Shown: piece by piece, positions 1 to 12,184 of the stretch
Position numbering within the stretch: position 1 is the stretch's first letter
Layout of the letters: the number at the start of each line of letters is the position of its first letter
Assembly (NCBI RefSeq): GCF_001194135.2
Contig: NC_069003.1
Location: 17,548,793 to 17,612,792, forward strand
Reading direction: 5' to 3'
Length of the DNA: 64,000 nt
From: Octopus bimaculoides
Lineage: Eukaryota
Notes under the pieces: generated by a model
Seen by the model: only the letters and a program-made list of their open reading frames with translations
Databases searched by the model: none
Told to the model about the DNA's origin: nothing
Made by a program: the position numbers and the translations under genes

Positions 1-13
1 ATATATATATATA

Positions 14-74
<61 letters not shown>

Positions 75-75
75 T

Positions 76-140
76 TCCGTGAGAGTTAGAGGTTGGGAAG
101 CCAACCAACTAAGGGATAGTACCTATCCAATATATTGCTG
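76..140. repeat. Dispersed repeat segment also found, inverted, at the edge of a PLE remnant
   Basis: gagttagaggttgggaagccaaccaactaagggatagtacctatccaatata matches the reverse complement of about 53333-53392. Both copies abut (TA)n. Confidence 0.6.
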
Positions 141-246
141 GTAGTGTACCAAATTATTAATACCTAAGTGCTGGTTATTGCGTGGCAATTTCCTAATCTG
201 GTGTCATATATGGGTAGGGGTAAAAAGTGGTTTACCCTTAATTTAT

Positions 247-612
247 ACAGCAAAAAAGAAAATGGAGGGGATACAAAAATGACATACTCTCTCTTTATTT
301 TGGTACTACGGCCACACAAAAATTACATACATCAGCCAGTAAACATTCTATTATGTCTATTTATTCTTAAACATAAGGAAGTATTATAAGAATACACACA
401 CATGCAAAGACTGTGTGTTACATATGTACTAGTAATACATAAAAGAATAAAAGATTTTATGTATTACTAGTACATATGCGTGTAACACACAATCTTTGCA
501 TTTGTGTGTATTCTTATAATACTTTCTTTTATGTTTTAGAATGAATAGACATAATAGAATGTCTACCGTCTGATGTATGTCATTTTTGTATCTCCTCCAT
601 TTTCCTTTTTGC

Positions 613-615
<3 letters not shown>
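247..615. repeat. Long imperfect foldback (palindromic) element next to (TA)n
   Basis: Arms about 247-444 and 455-615 are reverse complements around a 10 nt loop; the left arm has a ~40 nt insert. A related single arm lies at about 57400-57490. Confidence 0.8.
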
Positions 616-649
<34 letters not shown>

Positions 650-1053
650 TTTTNNNNNNNNNNNNNNNNNNNNNNNNNNNNNNNNNNNNNNNNNNNNNNN
701 NNNNNNNNNNNNNNNNNNNNNNNNNNNNNNNNNNNNNNNNNNNNNNNNNNNNNNNNNNNNNNNNNNNNNNNNNNNNNNNNNNNNNNNNNNNNNNNNNNNN
801 NNNNNNNNNNNNNNNNNNNNNNNNNNNNNNNNNNNNNNNNNNNNNNNNNNNNNNNNNNNNNNNNNNNNNNNNNNNNNNNNNNNNNNNNNNNNNNNNNNNN
901 NNNNNNNNNNNNNNNNNNNNNNNNNNNNNNNNNNNNNNNNNNNNNNNNNNNNNNNNNNNNNNNNNNNNNNNNNNNNNNNNNNNNNNNNNNNNNNNNNNNN
1001 NNNNNNNNNNNNNNNNGGAAAGCAAGCTTCTTACCACTCACCCATGCCTGCGA

Positions 1054-1085
<32 letters not shown>

Positions 1086-1489
1086 TATTTAAAGGTCACA
1101 ATACATGTATTAAAATGCTACTAATAGTTTCATATGTTGAGAAAACTCAAACATATTCTTCAGGCGCAAACCACATATCATAACGAACTAAAGAAATTGA
1201 ATAAATAGAAGAAACGTGAAACAATTGAGAAGGCAGCATATAGAAAATGCAAACAGTAAACAAGGGGAAAATGAAAAACAAACTAAAACGTAAAAAGATA
1301 AAATAGCTATCCTCCTTAGACCTTAAATGATAAGGCTGGAAAGATATCAACCACTGAAAATCTCTGACCTGGAGTTCAATAGCAAGTTCGGGATCTTAGA
1401 TCTGAAGAGGATCTGCACTCTTTCTGTCAAACAAAGTCTACATTTATTTGATCCATTCACATAAAGTGTGGATTTCTCAATTACTTTTC

Positions 1490-1690
1490 ATTTAATCACA
1501 TGCAGTGTTTTGTTACCTTTCAAAGTTCATATGTAGCTAGCCAACTTAGTTGCTTTACTATGTCCCTATGTCAGAAGGAGGCTATGTGGTTGGCATAGTG
1601 ATTTTTAAATTCACCTTCACATAATCCAATATAGGCCTTCTTATCAGTTGTATTATTATTTAAGGTTGCAGTAACTTCTGCCTCATATAG
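1490..1690 (-). mobile_element. Penelope-like GIY-YIG endonuclease fragment
   Basis: KAYIGLCEGEFKNHYANHIASF followed by KATKLASYI*TLK; same motif type as 53920-54102. Confidence 0.7.
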
Positions 1691-1729
1691 GTGCAGAAGT
1701 GGCTGTGTGGTAAGTAGCTTGCTTCTCCC

Positions 1730-2500
1730 GTGTCTCCACAGCTTATAATTGATGCAATAAATGGAATTATGTCCCACTCTTTTCCTACTTATTGAGCAGG
1801 GCCATTTACCTGACAGAAAAAGTGTCTTATCCATTTTCTTGCTAACAACAACTTTAGTCTTTGCTAAGTTAACTTTAAGTCCCTTTGATTCCAAGTCTTG
1901 CATCCAAACACAGAAGTTCTCGAATTCTGCAGCAAGAGGAAGATCATCAGCATACAGTAGTTCTAATGGGCATCCAAATTTGAATTCCTCTGTTATGGCC
2001 TGGAGAACTATGATAAATAAGAGTAGACTAAGAACTGATCCCTGGTGAACTCCAACTTATATACTAAATTCATCACTGTATTCAAGGCCGATTATCACCT
2101 TACTGACAGCATCACTGTACATAGTTTGAATGGCTCTAACAAGCCATTCCTCTACTCCTAGCTTCCTTGGAACAAAATCAAACTGCATTTCATCTAGTTT
2201 AATTTTATCCCTAATCAGTTGAGATATAACTCTCTGTAATTTCCAAGACCTGGTCCAACAGTTTGATGCTTCTGTAGTAGTTTCTATTAAGGCATCACCT
2301 TTACCCTTGTAGCAGCTAACTATAATACAACACCATCAGTCTTTGGGGATGGCGCCTTCCTGAATAACTTGATTAACTATGCGATTGATTAGGCTGTATT
2401 CCACACCACCTGATATTTTAATGATGTCAGTGGTGAAACCTGATGGTCCAAGGGCTTTCTCAGTCTTCATGTTCTTAATTGCCTCATCTATTATGCTGCT
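1730..2500 (-). pseudogene. RTE-clade LINE reverse transcriptase fragments
   Basis: DEAIKNMKTEKALGPSG... and LESKGLKVNLAKTKVVVS...GKWPCS, with stops and frameshifts; homologous to 47240-48400. Confidence 0.85.
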
Positions 2501-3829
2501 ATATATATATATATATGGGACCTTGATGACTGCTATAAAGCAGGAAAGTATACTAGTCCTTATATATTTAATACTCAATATTTCATTTATTCAATAAGAC
2601 GTTCAATACTTCATTTCATTTTACTATTTATATTATATATCCCATATTCTATATCCCACATTAATTTTATAAGAATATAAATAAAACATAAAAAACAAAG
2701 TTGGAAATCTTTTAAATAATATATGTGTGTGNNNNNNNNNNNNNNNNNNNNNNNNNNNNNNNNNNNNNNNNNNNNNNNNNNNNNNNNNNNNNNNNNNNNN
2801 NNNNNNNNNNNNNNNNNNNNNNNNNNNNNNNNNNNNNNNNNNNNNNNNNNNNNNNNNNNNNNNNNNNNNNNNNNNNNNNNNNNNNNNNNNNNNNNNNNNN
2901 NNNNNNNNNNNNNNNNNNNNNNNNNNNNNNNNNNNNNNNNNNNNNNNNNNNNNNNNNNNNNNNNNNNNNNNNNNNNNNNNNNNNNNNNNNNNNNNNNNNN
3001 NNNNNNNNNNNNNNNNNNNNNNNNNNNNNNNNNNNNNNNNNNNNNNNNNNNNNNNNNNNNNNNNNNNNNNNNNNNNNNNNNNNNNNNNNNNNNNNNNNNN
3101 NNNNNNNNNNNNNNNNNNNNNNNNNNNNNNNNNNNNNNNNNNNNNNNNNNNNNNNNNNNNNNNNNNNNNNNNNNNNNNNNNNNNNNNNNNNNNNNNNNNN
3201 NNNNNNNNNNNNNNNNNNNNNNNNNNNNNNNNNNNNNNNNNNNNNNNNNNNNNNNNNNNNNNNNNNNNNNNNNNNNNNNNNNNNNNNNNNNNNNNNNNNN
3301 NNNNNNNNNNNNNNNNNNNNNNNNNNNNNNNNNNNNNNNNNNNNNNNNNNNNNNNNNNNNNNNNNNNNNNNNNNNNNNNNNNNNNNNNNNNNNNNNNNNN
3401 NNNNNNNNNNNNNNNNNNNNNNNNNNNNNNNNNNNNNNNNNNNNNNNNNNNNNNNNNNNNNNNNNNNNNNNNNNNNNNNNNNNNNNNNNNNNNNNNNNNN
3501 NNNNNNNNNNNNNNNNNNNNNNNNNNNNNNNNNNNNNNNNNNNNNNNNNNNNNNNNNNNNNNNNNNNNNNNNNNNNNNNNNNNNNNNNNNNNNNNNNNNN
3601 NNNNNNNNNNNNNNNNNNNNNNNTATTATGTTGAAATAATACTCTAACTTCTAAATAATTTAGTGTTAAATAAGTTATCTATTAAAAATAATAATCTTTA
3701 AAAAAACCAAATGAATAATATAAAAAACAAGAATACATATTATTTCCAAATAGTAGAAAATCATTTAGCAAAGTAAAAACAGAACTTATCCATATTTTTC
3801 TGTAATTCAAACATATATATATATATATA

Positions 3830-4173
3830 TATATACTCTTTTGCTTATTTCAGTCATTTGACTGTGGCCATGTTGGAGTATCACCTTTAGTTGAACAAAT
3901 TAACCCCAGGACTTATTCTTTGTAAGCCTAGTACCTATTCTATTGGTCTCTTTTGCCAAACTGCTAAGTTATGGGGATGTAAACATACCAACTTCAGTTG
4001 CCAAGTGATAGTGGGGGACAAACACAGACACACAAACATATAAATATATACATATACATATATACGACGGGCTTGTTTCAGTTTCCGTCTACCAAATGCA
4101 CTCACAAGGCTTTGGTTGTCCCAAGGCTATAGTAGAAGACACTTGCCTAAGGTGCTACGCAGTGGGAATGAAC
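3830..4173 (-). mobile_element. tRNA-derived composite SINE (family S2), running into a gap
   Basis: Same two-part structure (head, (CA/TA)n, tail) as copies at 24030-24270, 34890-35270, 43052-43385 and 44800-45200. Confidence 0.8.
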
Positions 4174-4451
4174 NNNNNNNNNNNNNNNNNNNNNNNNNNN
4201 NNNNNNNNNNNNNNNNNNNNNNNNNNNNNNNNNNNNNNNNNNNNNNNNNNNNNNNNNNNNNNNNNNNNNNNNNAATATATGTATATATTTATATATATAT
4301 AGGTTAGGAGTGGTAGTGGTGTCAATGAGACCTAAAGGTGTCAGGTAATGCTGAGTAAGTGCTATGGATAGACCATAATTAAGCTTCAGGGTCGGTGATT
4401 ATGCAAATAAGGGGTCCAACAGAGGTCATATATCAGCGTGTGTATATAAAA

Positions 4452-4582
4452 AAATTACTTTTCGTAATGAGATAAAAAACCAAGACTGTGTAGATTTTAG
4501 AACATTAATAAATGTTCTATTTATAAATGTTCTAAAATCTACACAGCCTTGGTTTTTTTTATCTCATTACGAAAAGTAATTT
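4452..4582. mobile_element. Palindromic MITE-like element between TA-rich flanks
   Basis: Near-perfect ~55 bp inverted arms (4452-4506 and 4526-4582). Confidence 0.7.
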
Positions 4583-5394
4583 ATATATATATNNNNNNNN
4601 NNAATTTTTCCTTTCTCTAAAAACCACTTACCACACATATAATACTATAAATTCACACTGCTTGCTGTTATTATTATCTCATGCATAATGTTCAGCTAAG
4701 GTAAGCGATTTGTCATGTCTCTATCGCACATCATTCTCTGCTAATCCACTTGAAATTCATAAGTCATGAGTCTCAATGATCCTCGATCGCTTTAATTTTT
4801 ACAATATTTTCTCTTTGTCTCATAACCCATGTATTTCCATATTTTGGAATGATTTTTCCAGCGATTAAGTTTCCCCTCTCTCTCCCTCCTTTACTTTACT
4901 ACCTGTCTTGGCTGCTATTTTCTATGGTGAAGTTGGCCTTATCTGCCACTCCCACCACCTATACTGGAAATCTCTTTTCTTATAACAGAAACCTCTACAT
5001 GGTCCCCCCTCCACACCACCACCAGTATGGGAAGCCTCTCCTCTGTTCCAGAAGACTCTTATAGCTTCCAGCCTGCCACCACCACCAGTCATCTCATCCA
5101 CTGCATTATTTGATAGATTAACCACCTACTCCTTTCTCTCTACTTATAATGAATTAACCAACAGCTGTTTATTTATTTACCTAATTTAAACAGTGACCCA
5201 TTTATGCTTGCAGCAATAACACCCATATTTACAACACTTGCAATACACTCACTCCCAATAGGGGCAACAATTTTAACATGTTTGAATGATAGTATATTAA
5301 AGTGAGAACAACTGATGTGACATGTCTGTCATCAAATGTTCATTGAAACCTTCTTTCCAGGTACTGAATATCATCTCCATTTCTCATGTTCTTT

Positions 5395-6850
5395 CCCAGT
5401 TCTCAGAGTAGGCACATTGAAAGGTAGGTCTGGTGAAATTGTTGAGATGCTCGAACAGAGACATGTTGATGTGTCATGCATTCAAGAGGTAAGGTGGAGG
5501 GGAGCTTTCTCTGTCTTCATATTCCTGATTACTTTATCTACCAAGCTACTGTTGATTCAGATAGCTGGTCCTTCAGTTGGGTCAACATTTGGCAGATTCT
5601 CCTTCCATTCATTCTCCTCATTCAGCAGCATTTCATAATGGGATTTCCAAGCCTCTTTCTTTGCAGAATCATTAAATGCAAGTGCACCATCATCTATGTG
5701 GACACATTACAGGCAAAAAGCATAGGTATAAAATTTTCTGGGGAGATATCAGTCACAGGTGGTGCGGGCATACTTCTTGCAGAGAAGTGGGTGGATAAGG
5801 TCACACAGGTAGTCAGAGTGTGCAATAGAGTACTTAAGCTAGTTTTGCAGAATAGTACAGCAACAATTATCTCTACCTACATCCCCAAGTGGGTTCACCA
5901 AATGAACAAAAGGACCGCTTTTGATATTTTCCTGCATCAAAGATGAATGACAATGATCTCATCTTTGTGGCTGGGGATTTCAATGGGCATGTTGGGCAGA
6001 GGCCAGGCATCTTCCATGGGGCCGTGGAATTGATTCCCAAAATGAAGAAGGAACAAGGCTACTGGAGTTCTGTGATGCGAATAACCTATTGATCTGCAAC
6101 ACTAGCTTCAGGAAGCCAGCCAGTCACCTGCTTACCTATCAACTGGGTGACCATGTTAGCCAGATTGACTTCATTCTCACCAGGTAGTGAGATACATGGT
6201 CACTTGTAAATGCAAAGACTTTCTCTGGTGAAGGATGTATTCCTCAGCATAGAATAGTCATTAATGACTTTAGACTTTAGGCCAGAAGGATGCCTAGAAG
6301 CAGACCAATCTGGGAAAGAAGGATTTGGAAGCTTAAGGATCCTGTATATGGTCAGAGATTTCTCTCTCTTAATCCTTTTTGCCCCTTGTGGTGCATGGGA
6401 CTTCAACAGTTATTTTACACTTTTTGTGGTCATTGGCGTGTTTTATGGCTGCTTCCCATGTTAGGCCGGTGGTCAGAGATTTAGGGACACCCTAAATGAG
6501 AAATTTGATGAGAGGGAGGAGGAACTACAGACTTGTAACATAGAGAGTAACTGGGAATCCCGGCAAGACAGCTTGCTGAGTGTCACAGACCAAATCTGCA
6601 GCTGGAGCAAAGTCCCATCCAGACCTTGGATGATGTGGTGGTGGAATTATGCTGTAGACAAGGCCATTACAGCAAAGAAACAGACCTGGAAGAACTGAAA
6701 GTGTTGGGGTAGCAGGGAACTGCATAAGATAGTCATAAAGGAAGCTAGGAGATAGGTATATCTAGTCAGGGAAGAAGTGAAAAAAAAGAAGTTTGTGTAT
6801 GTTCTATGTTGCAAGGACCAGAGACTTGAAGTGTTTCGGATTGACAGACA
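5395..6850 (+). pseudogene. RTE-clade LINE endonuclease region, degenerate, with an inverted internal piece
   Basis: LRVGTLKGRSGEIVEMLEQRHVDVSCIQEVRWRG, GDFNGHVG and IDFIL motifs. Segment 5500-5700 reads on the minus strand as KEAWKSHYEMLLNEENEW...VIRNMKTEKA. Confidence 0.85.
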
Positions 6851-7421
6851 GTATCAAAGATCAATTTGACACAGGTCTGTTAAAACAGCATTCATAAAAA
6901 CCTAACCTCCACTTATTGCTTTCTTCCCATCCTTCCCTCAGTTTTCTTTCTCTTCTTCATCTCATGCTTTTCATTCAATCTCTCCTTTCTTTCTTCTTTC
7001 TTTTCTTAAACTTGTGTATTTATAATTATTTTCTGGACTTTCCCCACCACTCTAAGCAAGGTTTGTTTTTCAATCTTATCATTATATTCATATTTACCTT
7101 ACTGGTAAATTTCAACTCCTTCCCAGCAGGTAATGAATATTACACCATTATGTTTTGAAAGTCAACCACCCAATCAAATTCAAATGCTTATTTGTGTATT
7201 TTAATTACATGTACCATAACAATTTTAATTCATTTTTTATCACAACTGTCCAATGAATGCAAATGTAAAACTAACAGTTTTGTGATAATTTTGCAGCTTT
7301 AATAAAAGCATATTACCTTACCTTTGGTATTCAAATACTATCTTCACCACCTTATTTTGCACTTATGTGCTCACGTGTGTGTGCGTGTGTGTGTGTGTGT
7401 GTGTGCGCGTGCGCGTATGTG

Positions 7422-7469
<48 letters not shown>

Positions 7470-7590
7470 TACATATATAAACACACACACAAACATATCT
7501 AGAATATGCGTGTATTAGTGTTCATGCTGTATGAATATATGTGAATATGTGACCTTCTAGCAGAAATAATAAATAATAAGCAGCAATTAC

Positions 7591-7770
7591 CTATTTGACA
7601 ACCACAGTTCCATAAATCAAGAGGATTGAAGTTGCTTGAGTCTACTCGCATACCGTTTGGGTAAATGCGTGATAGAAAGCGTTTGTTGTGATTCACAAAT
7701 TCTTCTGGATCCTGCAGAGCTAACTTCACTGCTTGAGATTCACTAAGGGAACAGATTTGCCAATATTTCT
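7591..7770 (-). CDS. PLCL: PLCL-type PLC exon 10 in window (Y box)
   Basis: attttcAG / GTAAT. Encodes (Q)KYWQICSLSESQAVKLALQDPEEFVNHNKRFLSRIYPNGMRVDSSNFNPLDLWNCGCQI; 180 nt, phase 1 to 1. Confidence 0.96.
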
Positions 7771-8144
7771 CTGAAAATCAAAATACATAAAAATAGAAAC
7801 AAAAAAGATAAACAATTACCCAAAAAACAGTCATCAATTCTTCATAGTTTACACTGAATGAACAAATCCTTCAAAACCACATAAAAACAACATAAAACTG
7901 GCATATATTTCAACACTTCTAGGTTTTAAAGCAGACTGGCTTTACACTGAAAGCAGTTACTGGACCATTCTTATGGTTATTGGCCTCAATCTGCAGCCAA
8001 TAATATGTAGTGAAAGTGTGTAGCCTTGTGGTTAATGTGTTGTGTTAGTGGTTGTGAGCAGCATGGGTTCCATTCCCAGAGCAGTTGACATGTTGTGTCT
8101 GCAGCAGAGTATCCTCCTCTTAATTTGTTGTTGATATGCATATA

Positions 8145-8520
8145 TCATCATCGTTTAACATTCACTTTCCATGCTGGCATGGGTTGGATGGTTTGACTGA
8201 AAACTGGTAAGCTGCACTAGGTTCCATTTTGATTTGGTAAGGTTTCTATGACTGGATGCCCTTCCTAACGCCAACCATTCCAAGAGTGTAGTGTGTGCTT
8301 TTTACGTGCCACCAGCATGGGTGCCGTTGATGCAACACCATCTTCGGACATAACTGTGATCTCATTTGGCTTGACAGGTCTACACAAGCATGATGTATCG
8401 CCAAACATCTTGGTCACCTGTCATTGCCTTCATGAAGCGCAATGCATGACAGTACTTTTTACATGCCAGTTGGACAGTACTGGTATCAGCCACGACTATG
8501 ATTTCACTTGGTTCAACAGA
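8145..8520 (-). mobile_element. RTE-type 3' UTR/tail
   Basis: (CAT)n-cgtttaacattcactttccatgctggcatgggttgg...gatgcccttcctaacgccaacc, the reverse complement of the RTE tail at 48950-49090. Confidence 0.8.
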
Positions 8521-8579
8521 TTTTCTCAAGCACAGCATATAATAAATAGATTTTCTAAAGCACAGCATATAATAAATGT

Positions 8580-8720
8580 ATGTTGGGCCTCATGGAGGCA
8601 AGGTGGCTGAGTTCCTTTTGAGTGGGCCTCACGGAGGTGATGTGACTGAGTTCCTTGTGAGCATTGGGCCTCATGGAGGCAAAGTGGCTGAGTTCCTTTC
8701 AAGTGTTGGGCCTCATGGAG
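8580..8720. repeat. ~40 bp tandem repeat, 4 units
   Basis: Units begin gggcctca(t/c)ggagg and continue gtggctgagttcctt. A 30 bp direct repeat lies just upstream (8520-8578). Confidence 0.8.
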
Positions 8721-9000
8721 ACAATGACCAAGATCTTTGGCATTATGTCGTGCTTGAGAAGAAGATCCATCAAGAATCACAGTCGTGGCAGATACTGGTG
8801 TCATGCAAATAGCACCCATGCTGGTGGCACGTAAAAGCACCCATTACACTCTTGGAGTGGCTGGCATTAGAAAGGGCATCCAGCCATAGAAAACGATGCC
8901 AAATCAGACTGGAGCCTGATGCAGCCTTCCAGCGTGCCAGTCCAGTCAAACCGTCCAACCCATGCCAGCATGGACAACGGATGTTAAATGATGATGATAT
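8700..9000 (+). mobile_element. RTE-type 3' UTR/tail
   Basis: gcacccatgctggtggcacgtaaaagcaccc...ggaaagggcatccagcc-like...ccaacccatgccagcatgga-(GAT)n. Confidence 0.8.
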
Positions 9001-9477
9001 AAATCAACATTGTTTTACTGTTCACTTTACGAATGGGTCAGACAGTTTATTGAGGTAGAGCTCCATAACCCAATGCCCTTCCTGTCAGCAACCCTCATCT
9101 GTTTCCAATCTAGGTAATATTTCCCCGTGGCTGGACATGAGTATGCTGTACAATGGAATAGCATTGCTTGTATGACAGTGACAATCGTTTACAACTATAA
9201 CATGATGTCAAGATAAAGAAATGCACACACACACACACATGATGGGCTACCTTCAGTTTCAGTTTTCCAAATCAACTCACAAGGCTGTAGTAGACGACAC
9301 TTGCCCATGGTGCAACACAGTGGGTCTAAACCTATGACCATGTGGTTGGGGTGCAAATTTTTTAACCACATAGCCATGCCTGTGCCAGATATATATAATT
9401 ATACACAAACACACACACACACATGATAGCTCACACATTTATATTCTGGTAAAAAACTGATTTGCTGAAGAACTCAC

Positions 9478-9580
9478 GTGACTGTTGCGATATTTGAAAG
9501 TCTTCAAATCGTGTCGATACGCAGTAGTTGACAATATCTGATATTTCTTTGGTAATTTTATGCTTTCGTGTTGATACATC
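9478..9580 (-). CDS. PLCL: PLCL-type PLC exon 9 in window (start of Y box)
   Basis: cattttAG / GTGAG. Encodes DVSTRKHKITKEISDIVNYCVSTRFEDFQISQQS(Q); 103 nt, phase 0 to 1. Confidence 0.93.
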
Positions 9581-9949
9581 CTAAAATGGAGAACATATAT
9601 AGTATTTACCAAAGTTTTGTATTGAAATATCAACAGACAAGCCAAAAACTTGTTAGGCAGAAGCTATCTCTGAGATGGGCAATGTAAAAGGAAATTAACA
9701 CAAATAAATATAAAAAATTAAAAGATAGACCTCACATCAGTCTAACAACTCCAATTTGGTTTATTATGAGGAAGAAACAACACAAAGTTACTGAACTTAC
9801 AAAAATGTTGACTAAACTTTGGTTTAAAATTTTGCAAAAGTGAAAGTGTCACTCAAATATATAGCATATAAAAAAAAAAAGAAAGATTCCTGAACTATAT
9901 CTACACAAACATTTGGCACTATATAATGAACTATAAAAACATACATATA

Positions 9950-11010
9950 GATTTGTGAACCAATACTGTGTATGTGTGCATTAGGATGACTGTAAACATT
10001 ACATCTATACAATGTTTGTGGACAGAAAAAGAGGAAAGAACTGTATGGATATTTTGATTCTTGTTAGCATCCTCAGCAACTGTGTACCACCTTTAACTAT
10101 TCACAAACACATTGTTTATGAACACACTACCATTCTTTCTAGTACAGGCACAAGGTTTGCAATTTTGTGGGGTGAAGCCAGTCAGTTACATTGACCCCAG
10201 TGCTCAACTGGTACTTATTTTAATTGACCACAAAAGGCAAAATCTGTCTTGGTGATATTTGAACTCAGAGCATAAAGCTGGAAGAAATTGCTAACAATTT
10301 TGTCTAGCATGCTAATGATTGTGCAAGCTCAGTGCCTTTATAAACCCATTGATATTAGGAGTTAAAGTAAAGTAATTAGACTAATTTCCATATTTAAAAT
10401 GTTTTATACCCAGCAAGATCAAACATTAAATTATTAGAGTGCTGACAGTGTTTTGTTATGCTACTGTAAAACCATTATAGAACATATCTATGTTTATTAA
10501 CCAACACTGTATGTTATGATAACTGTAAACTTTACATCTGTACAATAAGTTTGTGGACAGAAGAAAATGGAACATTTATATGTTCATACATTGCGGATAG
10601 TTAAAGGTAGTACACGGTTATTAACAACAATGACAGCAAGAAACAGAACATTCATGCAATTGTTCTCATTTTTCTGTCCACAAACACAAAGAATTAGGTA
10701 GGGTTTGGACCATGTAGACATGCAAAGTTCCTGATATTTAGCATCTTTAAATTTATGATAAACACACATTATGTATTTATACTTATAGGCATATCTATAG
10801 AATTAGGTTTGTTAACCAACACTGCATGTGTCAAGGGTGTAAACATTATGCCTATACAATATATGTCTGAAGACAGAAAACAAGGGAATAGTTGTATGCA
10901 TATTTCATACATGTAGATAGTAAAAGTGGTACAGAGTTGCTGACAATGATACCAACAAGAACTAAAACATCCATACAAACTGATCCCTCTCTTTTCCTGT
11001 CTACAAATAT
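9950..11010. repeat. Three diverged ~150-200 bp local repeats in mixed orientation
   Basis: Units near 9950-10110, 10495-10690 and 10810-11010. Segment 10015-10100 is the reverse complement of 10915-11005 and 10595-10685; units 2 and 3 have self-complementary ends. Confidence 0.7.
10143..10337 (-). mobile_element. tRNA-derived SINE family S1 (conserved central domain, (TAA)n tail)
   Basis: Shares cccagtgctcaactggtacttatttt...gaactcaga...gctaatgattctgccagctc with 14 other copies. The minus strand carries A-box and B-box-like motifs. Confidence 0.8.
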
Positions 11011-11497
11011 TAATAATAATAACATTAATAATAATAATAGTTTCAAATTTTGGCACAAGGCCAGCAATTTCAGGGTAAGGAGATGAGTTGAATATGTTGA
11101 CTCTGGTACTCAACTGGTATTTATTTTATAGACCCAGAAAGGAGGAAAGGTAAAGTAAACCTCAGCAGAATTTGAACTCAGAACATAAAGACATGAAATG
11201 CCACTAAGCATTTCACCTGGCAAACTAACAATTCTGCCAGCTCACTGCCTTAATAACAACAACAATTTCTACTATTGGCATAAGGTCTGAAAATTTTTTG
11301 CATGGGGTGGGAGTGAGGAACGAGTAAATTTTATTTTCTCTCCACTCCCCAGTACTTGACTGGTACTTATTTTATCAACCCTAAGAGGATGAAAGTGAAG
11401 CTGACCTCAGCAGAATTTGAACTCAGAACAGAAAGCTGAAAGAAATGCTGATAAGCATTTTGTCCAGCATGTGAATGATTCTACCAGATCACCATCC

Positions 11498-11500
<3 letters not shown>
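11010..11500 (-). mobile_element. Two tandem S1 SINEs
   Basis: Copies at about 11040-11249 and 11262-11498, each next to an (A/TAA)-type tract. Confidence 0.85.
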
Positions 11501-11547
<47 letters not shown>

Positions 11548-11548
<1 letters not shown>

Positions 11549-11767
11549 GTCAAAATTAAAAGAAGAGTGCCATTTGCTATCTTGTGAACAATATTTCGAC
11601 ATCTTGCGTGTCTTCCACTGGTTCAAAAAATAAATTTGTCAATCTACTTCATTTTGGTTAATATAGAAAGGATTGAGGTAACTCCTCCACAAGATAGCAA
11701 ATGGCACTCTTCTTTTAATTTTGACTCTATATCTTCAGGAGGAGTTACCTCAATCCTTTCTATATTA
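11548..11767. repeat. Two interleaved perfect inverted repeats between (TAA)n tracts
   Basis: A 11548-11586 pairs with A' 11688-11726 (39 bp). B 11659-11688 pairs with B' 11738-11767 (30 bp). Confidence 0.9.
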
Positions 11768-11984
11768 ATAATAATAATAATAATAACAACAATAACAATA
11801 ATATTATTAATAATAACAACAACATGTTTTTCAAAACCTTAAATATCCTTGTTACTCTTGAACACTTTGGTGTATGTTCAAGATGTACCAATTTCTTGTT
11901 TCAAAAATGGAAACTCTTGGAACATTTCAGAAACCACAAACAATAAAGGTGACAATGATGATGACTATGGTGATGGTAAGGATG

Positions 11985-12080
<96 letters not shown>
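11985..12080. repeat. (TAA)n/(GAT)n microsatellite
   Basis: Direct inspection. Confidence 0.95.
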
Positions 12081-12082
<2 letters not shown>

Positions 12083-12184
12083 CAGCGGTTAAAAGAAGAA
12101 AGAGAAGAAGCACAGAAGCATTAAAGAGAAGCGTAGATGTCCTTCAAGATTGGAATAGCTAAACAATTAAGTACCAGTAAATAC

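Noticed and set aside
1395-1445. Hammerhead-like CTGAAGA...TCAAAC...GTC; similar weak cases at 27310-27360 (-) and 59720-59755 (+)
   Set aside because: GAAA is broken or stem I does not close. In AT-rich DNA such partial matches can arise by chance; they need cmsearch or a family consensus.
1-7590. Next PLC exon (expected VAMN.QTPG...) and, at the other end (59462-64000), the preceding EF-hand exon
   Set aside because: No matching minus-strand reading with suitable splice sites was found. A candidate AG...GT at about 1370-1425 encodes nothing PLC-like. These exons are probably outside the window or in gaps.
12174-12184. Alternative donor (G|GTACTT) 10 nt downstream of the exon 8 donor
   Set aside because: It would shift the frame relative to exon 9; no evidence of use.
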